Shown here: piece after piece, positions 24,772 through 25,307 of the stretch
Numbering within the stretch: the first letter of the stretch is position 1
Layout of the letters: the number at the start of each line of letters is the position of its first letter
IMG/VR virus record: IMGVR_UViG_3300030095_002378
Span: 1 to 25,307 of that record
Origin: a virus
Lineage: Duplodnaviria > Caudoviricetes
DNA length: 25,307 bases
Direction: 5' to 3' (one strand)
Notes under the pieces: generated by a model
Database searches by the model: none
Told to the model about the DNA's origin: nothing
What the model saw: only the letters and a program-made list of their open reading frames with translations
Program-made: the position numbers and the translations under genes

Positions 24772-25296
24772 TTAGTCCTTTTGTATAGTTACTTTCATTC
24801 TGAATTGTGTAGTTGCACTAAAAGTCAAAGCACCACCACTTCGATTGATTGCGTGGCAAAAAATACTGGTACTGCTACTTGCACTTTGAATACCTAAATC
24901 AATACCACTTTTACTTGCTAAACTTGAATCTGCTAAGTCGGTATAATCTCCTGCTACAATCTTAACAACTCCTAAAGCAGATTGAAAAATTGTATCGAGA
25001 TTAGCTAAATCCTCACCAACTGATTTACCTTCATCCTGACTGATTCCATCGCTAATTGAACTGAATACAATATCAACAGCAGGTGCAGTTGTAGTTTGAT
25101 CTAAAATCGTAATTGATTTAATTAAACCTGAACCTCCATTTTCAGAAGTTGCAAAGGGAAGTTCTATACTTTGACTGATAACTTTATTATCATTAATGCT
25201 TTCTGCATCACTTGTAAGTGTTACTGTTATAACATCTAGATCTTGTTTATTTAATCTTTCAGATGTCGAAAATTTATCTATTTCTGTTTGTGCCAT
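24772..25296 (-). CDS. Hypothetical, probably virion-associated protein
   Basis: 174 aa, Ser/Thr/Asp-rich and beta-like; SD AGGAG. Confidence 0.65.
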   Translation of the reverse strand: MAQTEIDKFSTSERLNKQDLDVITVTLTSDAESINDNKVISQSIELPFATSENGGSGLIKSITILDQTTTAPAVDIVFSSISDGISQDEGKSVGEDLANLDTIFQSALGVVKIVAGDYTDLADSSLASKSGIDLGIQSASSSTSIFCHAINRSGGALTFSATTQFRMKVTIQKD

Positions 25297-25307
25297 TACT
25301 ATCTCCT

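Noticed and set aside
1421-24897. Other short + strand or nested ORFs in the track (e.g. 3939-4169, 5906-6109, 6428-6847, 17110-17334, 19143-19601, 21313-21570, 21590-21802, 24213-24479)
   Set aside because: They lie within well-supported genes on the opposite strand or another frame and show no independent motif or RBS support.
1-25307. Diversity-generating retroelement, alternative genetic code or lysis cassette
   Set aside because: No reverse transcriptase or TR/VR pair was seen. Genes tile densely under the standard code using all three stops. No endolysin or holin is recognisable; they may lie outside the window.

Overview
The whole window is an AT-rich temperate tailed phage (siphovirus-like) in its non-integrated form, since an intact attP lies between phage genes. 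Almost all genes are on the minus strand. Reading right to left: a virion/neck-tail module (metallophosphoesterase, adaptor, tail terminator, major tail protein, tail chaperones with a -1 slippery site, tape measure, distal tail proteins); a tyrosine integrase followed by attP; a divergent (+) repressor-like gene; an early operon (ERF recombinase, DUF736/SSB-like protein, replication initiator with iteron-like repeats, Xis-like HTH, Holliday-junction resolvase, two sigma-region-4-like HTH proteins); then packaging and head genes (TerS, TerL, portal, gp7-like protein, scaffold, major capsid) and a fibre protein truncated by the left edge. No lysis genes are visible. The most notable part is the lysogeny module at about 12.8-15.6 kb. 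(1) The repressor-position gene encodes HTH + coiled coil + PAS-like domain with no LexA-type protease domain. It also has an internal SD+ATG that could yield an HTH-less isoform, making it a candidate ligand-sensing lysis/lysogeny switch. (2) The attP carries the 5' half, not the usual 3' end, of a tRNA-Leu(UAA). (3) Operator-like palindromes overlap an early promoter whose leader has alternative RNA folds. Other points: a tandem two-hairpin RNA element before the late genes, a phosphoesterase that needs a non-canonical start, and several small ORFs missing from the supplied track. All family calls come from motifs read by eye; no database searches were run.
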